A stretch of 64,000 nt of DNA from Candidatus Shapirobacteria bacterium (GCA_041659325.1 JBAZYN010000001.1:430819-494818), one strand, 5' to 3'. Shown: positions 29,441-39,955, numbered from the stretch's first letter. Notes: generated from the sequence alone by a model not told the origin. Translations and numbers: made by a program.

Positions 29441-30107
29441 AAAATTAATCGGCGTAAAATTCAAAGATCCCCAAATCCTCAATCAGGCGTTAATCCATCG
29501 GTCATATCTCAACGAAAACAAAAATCTCATGTTACTTTCAAACGAAAGATACGAATTTTTGGGTGACGCCGTTTTGGAAATGTGGATTTCCGAAACCCTT
29601 TTTAAAATGTTCCCGCACTATAGCGAAGGGGACCTCACCAACCTCCGTGCCCTAATTGTCTGTACCCAAAATTTAGCCCTGGTCTCCGCCTCCTACAACC
29701 TTGGCGACTATATCTATTTGTCAAAAGGAGAGGAAACCCACGGCGGCCGGACCAACACCTCCATCCTGGCCGATACTTTCGAAGCCGTTCTCGGCGCCGT
29801 CTTCCTCGATCGTGGTTACAAAGTCTCCTTTGAGTTTCTAAAAACTGCCCTCTCAAAAAACGTAACCGAAATCGCAAAACAAAAAATTTACAAAGATCCC
29901 AAAAGCATTTTCCAGGAAATTGCCCAGGAGGTTAGGGGAGTCACCCCTCACTACCAAACAATCAGTGAATCCGGTCCCGACCACCAAAAAACTTTCGAAG
30001 TCGGAGTATTTTTAAATGATGAGATGATCGCCTCCGGCACCGGTAATTCCAAACAAAAAGCCGAAGAAAACGCCTCCCAAAAAGCCTCCGAAATCATCTC
30101 CGGCTAA
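29409..30107 (+). CDS. rnc: Ribonuclease III
   Basis: SNERYEFLGDAVL, ADTFEAVLGA and a C-terminal dsRBD. Confidence 0.97.
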   Translation: MPHNQNQNQLEKLIGVKFKDPQILNQALIHRSYLNENKNLMLLSNERYEFLGDAVLEMWISETLFKMFPHYSEGDLTNLRALIVCTQNLALVSASYNLGDYIYLSKGEETHGGRTNTSILADTFEAVLGAVFLDRGYKVSFEFLKTALSKNVTEIAKQKIYKDPKSIFQEIAQEVRGVTPHYQTISESGPDHQKTFEVGVFLNDEMIASGTGNSKQKAEENASQKASEIISG

Positions 30108-30154
30108 AACTCCATTACTTTAAACTTTCGACAAATTAGGTTATAATCCCCCAT

Positions 30155-30457
30155 ATGCTAAAAATTAAACTTACTCCAAGAGGGACAAAACATCACCTCA
30201 GTTACCGGATAGTTGTCTCCGAAGCCAGAAGCAAATATAACGGAAATTTTGCCGACGATCTCGGCTTCTATACTCCCCAAACCAAAACCCTGCAAGTCAA
30301 CAAAGAAAAAATCGTTGATTGGCAAAAAAAGGGGGCCATCCTTACTGTCGGCGTAGATAAACTTTTGAACCCCAAAAAAATTCCTAAAAAAACTAAAAAA
30401 ACCACCAAAGATACTAAAGCCGAAACTCCGAAAGTAGAGGAAAAAGTTAAAGAATAA
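30155..30457 (+). CDS. rpsP: 30S ribosomal protein S16
   Basis: MLKIKL..G.K...YRIVV...LGFY.P...W..KGA. Confidence 0.96.
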   Translation: MLKIKLTPRGTKHHLSYRIVVSEARSKYNGNFADDLGFYTPQTKTLQVNKEKIVDWQKKGAILTVGVDKLLNPKKIPKKTKKTTKDTKAETPKVEEKVKE

Positions 30458-30459
30458 TT

Positions 30460-30693
30460 ATGGCCAAAATCACCGAAACTCTCGAATATATCGTAAAAGC
30501 CATTACCCCCGCCGATTCAGCTATCACCATCGAAGAAAGGGACGAAAACGGTCTTTTAATTCTCGAAATTGTTGCCCCCACCGAGCTTATCGGGCAAATC
30601 ATCGGGAAAGAAGGCAAAATAATCAAATCAATCCGCACCATCCTTAACCTGACTTATCCAAATACTAAGTTTACTCTCGATATCAGGGGTTAA
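30460..30693 (+). CDS. khpA: KH-domain RNA-binding protein
   Basis: GQIIGKEGKIIKSIRT, in the conserved position after rpsP. Confidence 0.88.
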   Translation: MAKITETLEYIVKAITPADSAITIEERDENGLLILEIVAPTELIGQIIGKEGKIIKSIRTILNLTYPNTKFTLDIRG

Positions 30694-31438
30694 ACGGATC
30701 TTTCCTGTCGTATTTTACAAATGTCTTTTTCTCGTCACTTTCCCCCAGTTCGATTTTCGCCCGTGGAGTATCTTCAATCGGGGTAAAGGCGGAAAGTTTT
30801 TTTAGCACATCAGTTTCTTCCTGTTTCATAACCAAATCCGCCAACGAGATGTTGGCTGATTTTTCCACCGTCTTTTCGCTCAAATAGTACGAGGACATAT
30901 CAAGAGTCAGCTCCATTACCTGTCCCACCGACCGGACGTTAAAACTATCTATCGACAAAATCGGCAAATTTCTCTCAATCCCCAAAAGTAGCCCCAGATA
31001 CCCCTCCTTGGGGCCAACAATAACCACTTTAATAGGTAGTTTCGGCTCTACTTCATTCCGACTCACGGTTCCCGGGCTGATCATAAAACTTTCCACCACA
31101 AAACCATGCTTTTCCGATATTCTCCGGATTATATTAACCAGATAGTACGAATCCTTCCCGTTCATCAGCGCGCTTTCCAAACTTTCCGCCTGGCTTTTCA
31201 TTTCCGCCTGATCAACCTGTGTTAAATAGGCAATCTTTTCCCTAAGATCTTTTGTCTTTTGCGCAAATTTACTCGATTCTCCCTTCATCGAATTCATTTG
31301 CTCAATTCTGGGCGTCACCACTACATTTATGCTTATTAGCACAATTATTACCAATATGACCGGCCAAATATAAATAACCAACAAATTACCTTCAATCCCA
31401 AAAACCTTATCAGGGAGATTCATTTTAAAATATTTCAT
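30683..31438 (-). CDS. PilO-like pilus alignment protein
   Basis: TM plus coiled coil plus ferredoxin-like region, C-terminal RKDPF, third gene after pilM. Confidence 0.7.
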   Translation of the reverse strand: MKYFKMNLPDKVFGIEGNLLVIYIWPVILVIIVLISINVVVTPRIEQMNSMKGESSKFAQKTKDLREKIAYLTQVDQAEMKSQAESLESALMNGKDSYYLVNIIRRISEKHGFVVESFMISPGTVSRNEVEPKLPIKVVIVGPKEGYLGLLLGIERNLPILSIDSFNVRSVGQVMELTLDMSSYYLSEKTVEKSANISLADLVMKQEETDVLKKLSAFTPIEDTPRAKIELGESDEKKTFVKYDRKDPFNP

Positions 31439-31980
31439 TTTATCTTCACCTCCATATCAAAAGTCCATCCTTTTTCAGTTGAATACACCAACGAATTTAG
31501 CTTTGCCGACATAAAACCCTCAGACAAACCGTCGTTAACATCCCGAACAATTTCCTCCAGTGTATCTACCTCTTTCCAATCAGGCACCACCCCCGAAACA
31601 CTAAAAATTTTTTGGCTTTTAAGTTCATATTTGTCCAGGTTAATCACCGATGGAAACAAAGTAGTTACCGTTTGAAAAGCTTTCCCATACTCAAACCTTT
31701 TGTTCAATATTTCTCCCACAATTTTTGCCCGATATTTCAGTTGTTCACTGTTTAATACTGCATCAGAGATTCCCTGAAAATCTGTTACCGCTTTCTTATA
31801 TTTCTTTTCATCTGCCACTAGAGCCATTTTTGCCAAAAACCAAAACAAAAAAACAACCACCAACCCCAAAACCCAGAGCACCGAGATCAAAATCATTACC
31901 CTACTTACCTGGGACTTAACTTTGATTCTCGCCGCCTGAAATTTTGCCTGAGATGGCAACAGGTTTAAATCCGCGCTCAT
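31435..31980 (-). CDS. PilN-like protein
   Basis: N-terminal LNLLP PilM-binding motif, TM and coiled coil. Confidence 0.82.
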   Translation of the reverse strand: MSADLNLLPSQAKFQAARIKVKSQVSRVMILISVLWVLGLVVVFLFWFLAKMALVADEKKYKKAVTDFQGISDAVLNSEQLKYRAKIVGEILNKRFEYGKAFQTVTTLFPSVINLDKYELKSQKIFSVSGVVPDWKEVDTLEEIVRDVNDGLSEGFMSAKLNSLVYSTEKGWTFDMEVKIK

Positions 31981-33005
31981 ACCAACCCCCTTAATCCTAG
32001 CCCCACCGCCAGACTAAATCGACATCCCTCAGACGCCAAATTTATCGGTATCACTAGCTTAGTCGTGTCAATATGCAAAAACGGTTGGATAACCTGCACC
32101 TCCACTCCCAATAATCTGGTTATCTCTTCAGCCAATCCCGGCAAATTAGCCCCACCACCGCTTAAAACTAGCAAATCCACCGGCCGACCCTGCTCTTCCA
32201 GAAAAAGTGACATTGCTTTTCTGATCTCATCCGCCATGTTACTAAACACCGGCGCAATCGCATTTTTAATCTTGCCCTCCAGTTCCATTTCCTTCATCCC
32301 ATATGCTTTTTTGTATTCTTCCGCCGAGGCCATATCCAACCCCAAGTTAACCGAAATTGCCCTGGTTATAGACTCACCCCCCACCGACATTGATCGAGTA
32401 AAGGCAATATTCTTTTTGTTCAAGCTAACAATGTCAGAATACTTTTCTCCCATATCAATTAGCATTATCCCTTGCACGTTCGATACCGAGCTATTCAAAA
32501 CCCTCTTCATCGCCACCGCCGGAGACTCCAGTGCCAAAAGTTCCAATCCCGCAAATTTAAACAATTTAACATACGCCTGAATTAGTTCATTTCGAGCCGC
32601 AATTGCAAATACTGCCAATCTTCCGGCACTATCTTTTTCGACAATTTCATAATCTATCGACACCTGGTCAAGTGGGTAGGGGACAAAGGTCTCCGCCTCA
32701 AACTTCAACGCATCTCTAATTTCACTGTCTTTCAGTGGCGGTAGTCTAATCAATCGGCTGATTACTTCATCTTCCGGCAGACAAGCCACTACATTTCTGG
32801 CTTTTATTTTTAGATCAGACAACAGCAGTCTAATTGCGGCCACCACCTCCTCAACTGGCTTATTTTTAGTTGTACTCTTTATCCAGTCATAGTTGGGGGT
32901 TTTTGTCTCCCCGATAGATTCCAAAGACAACCCTGATTTATCTCCGCTTATCTGGACGACTTTTATCGAACCCATCCCGATATCCAAGCCAAAAAAATCA
33001 CTCAT
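31977..33005 (-). CDS. pilM: Type IV pilus assembly protein PilM
   Basis: FGLDIG..SIKVV, IDMG, LSGGGANLPGL and AVGLGLR actin-like fold motifs. Confidence 0.95.
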   Translation of the reverse strand: MSDFFGLDIGMGSIKVVQISGDKSGLSLESIGETKTPNYDWIKSTTKNKPVEEVVAAIRLLLSDLKIKARNVVACLPEDEVISRLIRLPPLKDSEIRDALKFEAETFVPYPLDQVSIDYEIVEKDSAGRLAVFAIAARNELIQAYVKLFKFAGLELLALESPAVAMKRVLNSSVSNVQGIMLIDMGEKYSDIVSLNKKNIAFTRSMSVGGESITRAISVNLGLDMASAEEYKKAYGMKEMELEGKIKNAIAPVFSNMADEIRKAMSLFLEEQGRPVDLLVLSGGGANLPGLAEEITRLLGVEVQVIQPFLHIDTTKLVIPINLASEGCRFSLAVGLGLRGLV

Positions 33006-33028
33006 ACTCTAAGTATAGCCATACTTTC

Positions 33029-33859
33029 TCACTTACTCAACACACGGCTGCCAGATGTTATCGCGTCCATCATAAAAAATGGTACTTTATAGCCTCTTAC
33101 GACCGTTACCTTTTTGTTCACACCAACATTGCTTAAATCTCCTGCCCGTCCCACCGATGTAATCTCCTCGCCCTGAGACGGAAAATCATACGCTGCGTTG
33201 CTCATCGATACCCTGGTGTTATTAAACAAAGGTGTCACGGAAACTAAAAGAGTCTTATTCCCCATTCCCAGGGGGAAATTAAAACAGCCCAAAGTCAAAG
33301 CCTGGTCAACAAATCCACTCACGCTATCGCTGCCGCCACCGATATTAAACCCATACCTTCCGACCTTATATTCATCCGTTGCTCCGTCTTTATAAAAATA
33401 ATCAACCTTCAGCGCCCCGACAAAGGCACTGTCAACACATATGTCTACGTCCGTACCGATAAAATGATTCGAGCTGATTGATCCGTCAGTATTATGTTCC
33501 ACCAACCAAAATAACGCCTTCTGATTCTTCAAGGTATAATTCTCAAAGTTCAACTCGTGAACCCCCACTCCACCCAACTGCCTCACCGTTACATCTGCCC
33601 TTTCCTGATTACCAGGATTTGAATAACTGGTTTTAGTCCCTTCAGAGCCAAGATAATAATCAATTCCGGATTCTGCAGCACTAAAAGCTTTCTTTAGCAG
33701 CTCCTCGTCGGTATCAATTCTGGTTTCCACCGTCGTCTTTTTGGAAATTGATAGCCCGAATGTCAATACCACCGCCGACACTATAAGCACGATCAGTGCC
33801 ACCTGGCCACTTTTTCCCTTAATTATAAATTTTAAATTAAGAATTATAAATTTTTTCAC
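33029..33859 (-). CDS. PilX-like minor pilin
   Basis: KSG|QVALIVLIVSAVVL hydrophobic N-terminus and AFSAAESGID motif. Confidence 0.75.
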   Translation of the reverse strand: MKKFIILNLKFIIKGKSGQVALIVLIVSAVVLTFGLSISKKTTVETRIDTDEELLKKAFSAAESGIDYYLGSEGTKTSYSNPGNQERADVTVRQLGGVGVHELNFENYTLKNQKALFWLVEHNTDGSISSNHFIGTDVDICVDSAFVGALKVDYFYKDGATDEYKVGRYGFNIGGGSDSVSGFVDQALTLGCFNFPLGMGNKTLLVSVTPLFNNTRVSMSNAAYDFPSQGEEITSVGRAGDLSNVGVNKKVTVVRGYKVPFFMMDAITSGSRVLSK

Positions 33860-36493
33860 TTATCTTCCCTCCTTCCAGCCCGACAATACTTTTGTCAATT
33901 CTGCTGGCAAATTAAACATTAAATCCGATCGGTAGTTAACCAAAACTGCCGGTTTTGTGTTGTTTATTATCTTATCAGTATATCCTCTTGTTAAACTAAT
34001 ATCTCCGCCGGGAGTATAAATCACCCCGTTTATCACCAATTGCTCTGCCGAGACTCCTGGTGTCTCAAAGCCACCGTTTGCCAGAAATATCCCGTCCACC
34101 TGATTCACCGTCTCTTGGACTGTAATTTTACCCGAAACTACCACCATCAAAAACCCCACAGGATTTCTCACGATGTCCTCGTCAATCGAAAGATTCCCAT
34201 TCACAAACACCACCCCTGTTACTCCGGCTCCCAAATTACTCCAGACAGTGTTCCCCTCAGATACCACTGCCGGCCTCATTATCTTTCTAAAATAATCATA
34301 ATCGTATTTTTCTCCTATAACATTGGATTCCAGCCCCCAGTCGTGCACCTCACCATACTTACACAAACTGCCGCAACCCGAGCTGTTAGAAATAATCGGC
34401 GCCGCCACCAATCCATTACTACCGCCCAAGCCACCAATAGCGATTGCCGGAATACAAGTGGTGTCAATTGCGCAAGTCACCGGGATATTATCAAGAATGG
34501 ACACCATTGCCCCGATACCACCCGATGTCACCTGAAACCACGGCCCCTGGTCTGCTGCCGTCACATAGTCTACCTTTATCTTTGGCTCTGTTTGGTAAGG
34601 GTTAACCACCTGATTAGTTATGTTTAGCCTGGTTGCTGCCGGGCAATTTTCCAAAACCCTTTCCCCGTCATTCACATCCGTAATCTTTAGCAGTCCGCTC
34701 AATACCGGATCCGTCCCAAGTAGCTCAGGGTCAAAATCAGGTGCATATTGTTGCCCAAAAATTAAATGATTTGCATTATCACTGTGATAATCAGAATCAT
34801 TGTCCGCAGTCATTGTTCTGTTAGAAAATTTGTACAGGGAAGAAACATCTTCATACATCAGTCCGCCAAATCCTACACTGTCCGCAATCGGAATCGAATA
34901 TCCGGTATGAGGACAGACCGCCAATAGATCGGCGCTACTGTCATAAACAGTTCCGACTACCTCCACCACACAATCCCACACCTTAAATTGTCTATTCATT
35001 TCCATCCAACCGCCAACACCTGTACTCAACAGACCTCCCCAGGTATCCTCAGCATAAACAAAAAGATCATAGCCGTCAGTCGCGGCCGGCCAACCACTCA
35101 AATCATTAAAGGTTACTGCAAATGTCACTGTCTTATCACTTCCGTTGGTTGTAGCCGTCGATCCAACCGTTACGTTACCACTACGCAAACCGGTCACGCT
35201 TATCCCCGCCGTCATATCATAGTGCAAACTCAAATCAGTACCATCACCAAATCTTAGCTCTACTATCTGAATCTCATCATGAACCGGAGAGGTAGAGTTA
35301 TCAGGGTCGGTCACTGTCACATTAAATTTCACGATTCTCTCACCGGTTGCGGTAAAAAAAACGGGATCACATACATGGTTTCTAATTCCGGTAACAGGAA
35401 TCTCCGTCGGCGTCGGCGCCAGGGTAACCACTGCCGTCGGCTCTGCTGTTGGCACAACCACCGGATCCATACAGATAGCATATGTTTTCAAATCGGTTGG
35501 CCATTCCCTCATCCAATACAACTGCCTGTCAGCCAAATTTTGTTTACACCTCAATTGATAATTTGTCCCCCCCGTCAAGCTAAATTCCGCCGACTGAAAA
35601 GACATTGCCTTCCAACCCTCACCGGCGTCAATGTTAAAATCTACCGAACTACCTTCCGTCGAGATATCTACTGTTCCCATAGAATCGGTTACCTTACAGT
35701 CCAAATGGTTCGTAAACGATCCGCCCCTCTGGCTACCCGCCTTGACTAAAACTCCGTTAACAGTTCCGCTAAAAGAAGGAGTAAACGACATTGTCATCCA
35801 ATCATTCGATATAAAATTTACAGGACTCAAAGAAGCACTATCAAAAGAAACTCCCTGTGGATAAAATCCGGCATCCCCACAGGACGCGACAGTCGGTATC
35901 ACTGCCCCTGTCGGAGTTGGGGGTGGAGCACAGGCAGCGCAGCTATAACTTCCGCCACCATGTACATATTGACAACTAGCCGGCGACCCGGCACAACCCA
36001 TATGACAGCAATTTAATTCATATATCTCATTTCCCCAATCCTGAACACAGGTCGACGGGTCCGTTCTTACACCGCAGACACCACATGTACTGTCACACCC
36101 CGGATAAGTAGTCACCGGAAGGATACTGGTAGGTGTCGGAACGACTGTCGGCGGCGGTGCCGACGCCGAATACAGACAAGCGATAGAGCCATCTTGGTGA
36201 TTGTGGTAGACATAATGGTATCCGCCTCCGTCAAGTGTCACCACGTATCCATCGGTAAACATCAGTCCACATACCCCCGCACTTGGACACCCGCAGCATG
36301 TATCGTCAAACGTCTTTGCTACAGCCGCCCCAGTAATTGAAGCAATACTTACTCCCGTCCTACTGGCCATATTTGCCTTATCAGTCGCCAAAGCTGTCGC
36401 CGCACTAGCCAATACGGATCTAGGTGTGTACCAAAAAACCACAGAAAAAAACAAAACTGCCAATAAAGCTATAAAACCTCTCGAAAAATTCAT
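33860..36493 (-). CDS. Large secreted Cys-rich multidomain protein (putative pilus-associated adhesin)
   Basis: Signal peptide, Cys modules, PT linkers and a C-terminal WFQV...WKEGR domain. Its stop abuts the pilX-like start. Confidence 0.8.
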   Translation of the reverse strand: MNFSRGFIALLAVLFFSVVFWYTPRSVLASAATALATDKANMASRTGVSIASITGAAVAKTFDDTCCGCPSAGVCGLMFTDGYVVTLDGGGYHYVYHNHQDGSIACLYSASAPPPTVVPTPTSILPVTTYPGCDSTCGVCGVRTDPSTCVQDWGNEIYELNCCHMGCAGSPASCQYVHGGGSYSCAACAPPPTPTGAVIPTVASCGDAGFYPQGVSFDSASLSPVNFISNDWMTMSFTPSFSGTVNGVLVKAGSQRGGSFTNHLDCKVTDSMGTVDISTEGSSVDFNIDAGEGWKAMSFQSAEFSLTGGTNYQLRCKQNLADRQLYWMREWPTDLKTYAICMDPVVVPTAEPTAVVTLAPTPTEIPVTGIRNHVCDPVFFTATGERIVKFNVTVTDPDNSTSPVHDEIQIVELRFGDGTDLSLHYDMTAGISVTGLRSGNVTVGSTATTNGSDKTVTFAVTFNDLSGWPAATDGYDLFVYAEDTWGGLLSTGVGGWMEMNRQFKVWDCVVEVVGTVYDSSADLLAVCPHTGYSIPIADSVGFGGLMYEDVSSLYKFSNRTMTADNDSDYHSDNANHLIFGQQYAPDFDPELLGTDPVLSGLLKITDVNDGERVLENCPAATRLNITNQVVNPYQTEPKIKVDYVTAADQGPWFQVTSGGIGAMVSILDNIPVTCAIDTTCIPAIAIGGLGGSNGLVAAPIISNSSGCGSLCKYGEVHDWGLESNVIGEKYDYDYFRKIMRPAVVSEGNTVWSNLGAGVTGVVFVNGNLSIDEDIVRNPVGFLMVVVSGKITVQETVNQVDGIFLANGGFETPGVSAEQLVINGVIYTPGGDISLTRGYTDKIINNTKPAVLVNYRSDLMFNLPAELTKVLSGWKEGR

Positions 36494-36557
36494 TCCAACA
36501 TCAGAATACCATACGGAAATTTTCACTTCAAACGGCCAATGAGATTTTTACCCGTCC

Positions 36558-37232
36558 CTACTTTGAGTCAAAAAAGGTCAGTCCGGCAAACACCGACTTG
36601 CCCAATATACTTTTGTAGCAAACAGTATTTTTGTCCCAAACCGAGCCGCCGGTTACTTGCGGGTTAAAATCAAGTGGATATCCCACCGGATTTGTCTCCT
36701 TCACATATATACTTCTCATCGGATAGCCGGAACAAACAGCCGTCCATTTTCCTGTTGAGTCTGTAGTGACCGTACCGCAAGTCCAATGCCTCCCCGAACA
36801 TGAACCCATGTCAACCCGATGGACCAAAACCTTTGCCGAGGCCAACATTTTACCGGTCTTGTAGTTCTTGACATACCCGGAAACTGTTTTTCTCACCAAC
36901 TCTTGTCGGGCAAGACATCTTACTAGTCCTGAATTATCAGTATTATAGGTATATTTCATCCCTGCCCCTTCCAAAGCAATTATATAACCGCCCGTTTGCA
37001 CCTGTGCACAAACCTTACTTGTATTACAACCACAACAACTATCAGAAAAAGTGACACTCTTTGTACTTAATACATAAATTTCACTCGCAGAAAGCCCCAA
37101 CTTAGAAGACATATTGGCAATACTATTTTTAATTGCCACTCCCTCATCCGCTCTCACATTCTCAGCCGGCTTCAGGCAAAAAACAAATAATGCCAAACAT
37201 AAAACAGTTGCTACTTTTTTTATTGTCTTCAT
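36558..37232 (-). CDS. Secreted protein with a DSCCGC module and a beta-sandwich domain
   Basis: Signal peptide. The N-terminal module is shared with the 33860-36493 protein. Confidence 0.75.
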   Translation of the reverse strand: MKTIKKVATVLCLALFVFCLKPAENVRADEGVAIKNSIANMSSKLGLSASEIYVLSTKSVTFSDSCCGCNTSKVCAQVQTGGYIIALEGAGMKYTYNTDNSGLVRCLARQELVRKTVSGYVKNYKTGKMLASAKVLVHRVDMGSCSGRHWTCGTVTTDSTGKWTAVCSGYPMRSIYVKETNPVGYPLDFNPQVTGGSVWDKNTVCYKSILGKSVFAGLTFFDSK

Positions 37233-37299
37233 AATTTTGTACCAGATTATAACTCAACCACCAGACATTGTAAAGTATTATAAGATTAGCAAAATCCGT

Positions 37300-38562
37300 C
37301 TATCTCCCTTCCTTCCACTTCGACACGGAACTGGCCGATACTGAAGGCATTTTAAACATCATATCCGGCCGGTATCGGACCACTACTGCCGGACTGGTAT
37401 TATTTTTTGCTCCATTACTATATCCTCTTGATAATCTTATATCCCCACCGGGGGAATAGAGTACGCCGTTAATCACCAGTTGATTAGGCGACTTTCCATC
37501 TGCCTCAAAACCCAAATCGGCCACATACACCCCATTTATTTCTTTCACCTCTGTATCAACACTAATTTTTCCCGAAACTACCATCATAAAAAAACCTGAT
37601 TTCGGCATCATTTCTTCGGTAATATCCTCATCAATCACCAAATTCCCCTGAACGTATACAATTTCCTCTCCTTCGCTATATGGTCCAATATCATCTTCAT
37701 AACTAAGGCTACTTCCCCTAAAAACCTTCCCCACAGAATACTTTTGATAATAATTATCCAGAAAATACTGGTATCCATATCTCTCACCGATTATATATAG
37801 CTCCTCCCCCCAGTCTTTGGGAAACCCGTATTTACACTCACTTCCACAGTCAGTGTCATTGTCGATGTTTGGCGCTGCCACCAGTCCATTATCTCCACTT
37901 ACATCCCTTATTGTCATCGCAGCGACACATCCCATGCTCTTATCGTCAGCACACGTCTCGGGGATACTGTTTACAATTTCTATTCCGGCCGCTATGCCGC
38001 CGGCTGTCACTTGAAACCATGCCTCTTGATCTTCCGGTGTCGGAGTTGTTGGCACTCCGGGTACGAAGGTAGTCGCAGGGGAGGGGATTAAAGTTGGAAA
38101 GCCTCCCATCGGCGCCACCAACAAACAATATTCTCGACACTCCTCCGAATACAAGGCAACATTTTTACTGAAAGGCGGATTAGGGGCAGTTGCCTCCGGG
38201 AGTTCACTCTTACATCCGCCGTTTGAAATCCACAATCCGGCCGATGCGTTCATCAAACTTGTTGGTACCACCACCCTTCCTCTGCTCAAACAATCATATA
38301 TCGCCACTCTCCAGTCACATCTGCATCTAAAGACTTCGCTATTATAATAATCACTCGCTATCTCCCCCCCGGGATCACACTCCGTCCGTGGTGGTCTTAC
38401 ATCCGTCCAAAAGTCTTCGCATCCGATAGTGCTGGTCTCCCGGTAAACACAATCTGCAGTAAAAGGCCCCACCCCGGCCGGATAAGGGTAGCAAGAGCCG
38501 GCATAGGCATCTTTCAAAAAGCCACTAAACATCGACATCAAAATCAAGATAAAACCAATCAC
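37300..38562 (-). CDS. Secreted Cys-rich protein with a C-terminal WFQV...WKEGR domain
   Basis: Signal peptide. The C-terminal ~240 aa are paralogous to the 33860-36493 protein. Confidence 0.8.
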   Translation of the reverse strand: MIGFILILMSMFSGFLKDAYAGSCYPYPAGVGPFTADCVYRETSTIGCEDFWTDVRPPRTECDPGGEIASDYYNSEVFRCRCDWRVAIYDCLSRGRVVVPTSLMNASAGLWISNGGCKSELPEATAPNPPFSKNVALYSEECREYCLLVAPMGGFPTLIPSPATTFVPGVPTTPTPEDQEAWFQVTAGGIAAGIEIVNSIPETCADDKSMGCVAAMTIRDVSGDNGLVAAPNIDNDTDCGSECKYGFPKDWGEELYIIGERYGYQYFLDNYYQKYSVGKVFRGSSLSYEDDIGPYSEGEEIVYVQGNLVIDEDITEEMMPKSGFFMMVVSGKISVDTEVKEINGVYVADLGFEADGKSPNQLVINGVLYSPGGDIRLSRGYSNGAKNNTSPAVVVRYRPDMMFKMPSVSASSVSKWKEGR

Positions 38563-38580
38563 ATATCCATTCTACAACAC

Positions 38581-39936
38581 TTACTCAGTTCCTATTGTCA
38601 TCCCCACACTATTTGCCACTGTCAACCGTGCCATCGAGGGCGGACCATTTGGACCGACACATGTAATTCTATTTATTGCCCCAACACCCCAACTGCCGTC
38701 ACATGCGCTAATCGCGTGTACCCAAATATCATACGTCCCTCCCGGTTCAAAAGTATAATATTTGTAAGTCGTACTCACATCCTCACAAACATCTCCCGGG
38801 TTGGTTGGGGTACATGCACTGTTAAAAGAACTTGGCGAATCATCAACCCTCAAAGGATAATAGTCAGCCCCGGCCACCGGATTCCAGGATATTCTATTTC
38901 CGGCCACATCACAGACTAGTCCGGCCGGATTGGCAACCGGCTCACAGGCTGAATCAGGGATTGGTGTCGCCGACGGGGCACAAGCCGCGCAATTCCACGA
39001 CCCCCCTCCGTCTACATACATACAGACCAAGGGTGAATTCAGGCATTCCATGTGGCAACAATTTAATCCATAAACAGAATTCCCCCAATCTACATAACAA
39101 GACGATGCCGACACTTTTACCCCACAAACGCCACATGAAGCATCACATAGGGGATAGCCTGGTCCGGGAGTATTGGTGGGAGTAGGGGCTATTGTCCTCG
39201 TTGCTGTTGGCGCTCCCGGTACCGGAGTCCGGGTTGCCGTTGGCGTCGGAGTCCGGGTTGCTGTTGGCACTCCCGGTACCGGTGTCCGCGTTGCCGTTGG
39301 CGTCGGTGTCCGGGTTGCTGTTGGCACTCCCGGTACCGGTGTCCGCGTTGCCGTTGGCGTCGGTGTCCGGGTTGCTGCTAGCGTCGGTGTCCGGGTCGGA
39401 GTCGGAGTCACACAGGAAGCAGACGATATACAGCTCACCGTCCCGCTAAAGCTTTTCTTTCCGTCCCATCGGCTGCAATAAGTCCCATCATTCCTCAAAA
39501 TTTGATTTGAAGGACAGCTCAAACTCACGCTAGGGCCCGATACCCAACCCGTATTGCAAGCCCCCAATCCACACCAATTTAATCCTGACCACCCGCACGA
39601 TTCATTCCAAACACTGGTTTGGCAGGCAGGTGCGGGAGTCGACGTCGGCACCGCAACCGGGGTAGAAGTAGGCGGAGTTCCACAGCTTGTATTCTCTCCA
39701 TTACACTGATCACTTCCTTCACCGGAAACTGTTTTACAAACATAACTGCTGTTACAAGTCCGCCGGCAACAAGAATCGCTATTTGTATAATTACACCCCC
39801 CCGCAGGGGTACAACACGACATATTACAAACTCCATGACTACTGTCGCAATTACAAGCCCCCTGGGCAAAAGTAGGACGTGGCGAAAACAAAACGGTACT
39901 CAACAAAAACAATAAATACAAAAAAACTATTTTCAT
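38581..39936 (-). CDS. Secreted Cys-rich protein with PT repeats and an FN3-like domain
   Basis: Signal peptide, Cys-rich modules and ISWNPVAGADYY...PGGTYDIWVHA. Confidence 0.8.
   Translation of the reverse strand: MKIVFLYLLFLLSTVLFSPRPTFAQGACNCDSSHGVCNMSCCTPAGGCNYTNSDSCCRRTCNSSYVCKTVSGEGSDQCNGENTSCGTPPTSTPVAVPTSTPAPACQTSVWNESCGWSGLNWCGLGACNTGWVSGPSVSLSCPSNQILRNDGTYCSRWDGKKSFSGTVSCISSASCVTPTPTRTPTLAATRTPTPTATRTPVPGVPTATRTPTPTATRTPVPGVPTATRTPTPTATRTPVPGAPTATRTIAPTPTNTPGPGYPLCDASCGVCGVKVSASSCYVDWGNSVYGLNCCHMECLNSPLVCMYVDGGGSWNCAACAPSATPIPDSACEPVANPAGLVCDVAGNRISWNPVAGADYYPLRVDDSPSSFNSACTPTNPGDVCEDVSTTYKYYTFEPGGTYDIWVHAISACDGSWGVGAINRITCVGPNGPPSMARLTVANSVGMTIGTE
39200..39370 (-). repeat. Coding tandem repeat, 3 x 57 nt (PTATRTPVPG[V/A]PTATRTPT)
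   Basis: Near-identical units start at 39200, 39257 and 39314. Confidence 0.92.
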
Positions 39937-39955
39937 ATGTTAGGGGCTATCCGAT

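Noticed and set aside
33860-38030. Paralogous C-terminal domains as a DGR template/variable repeat pair
   Set aside because: Differences involve all four bases and indels, both copies are coding, and no reverse transcriptase is present.
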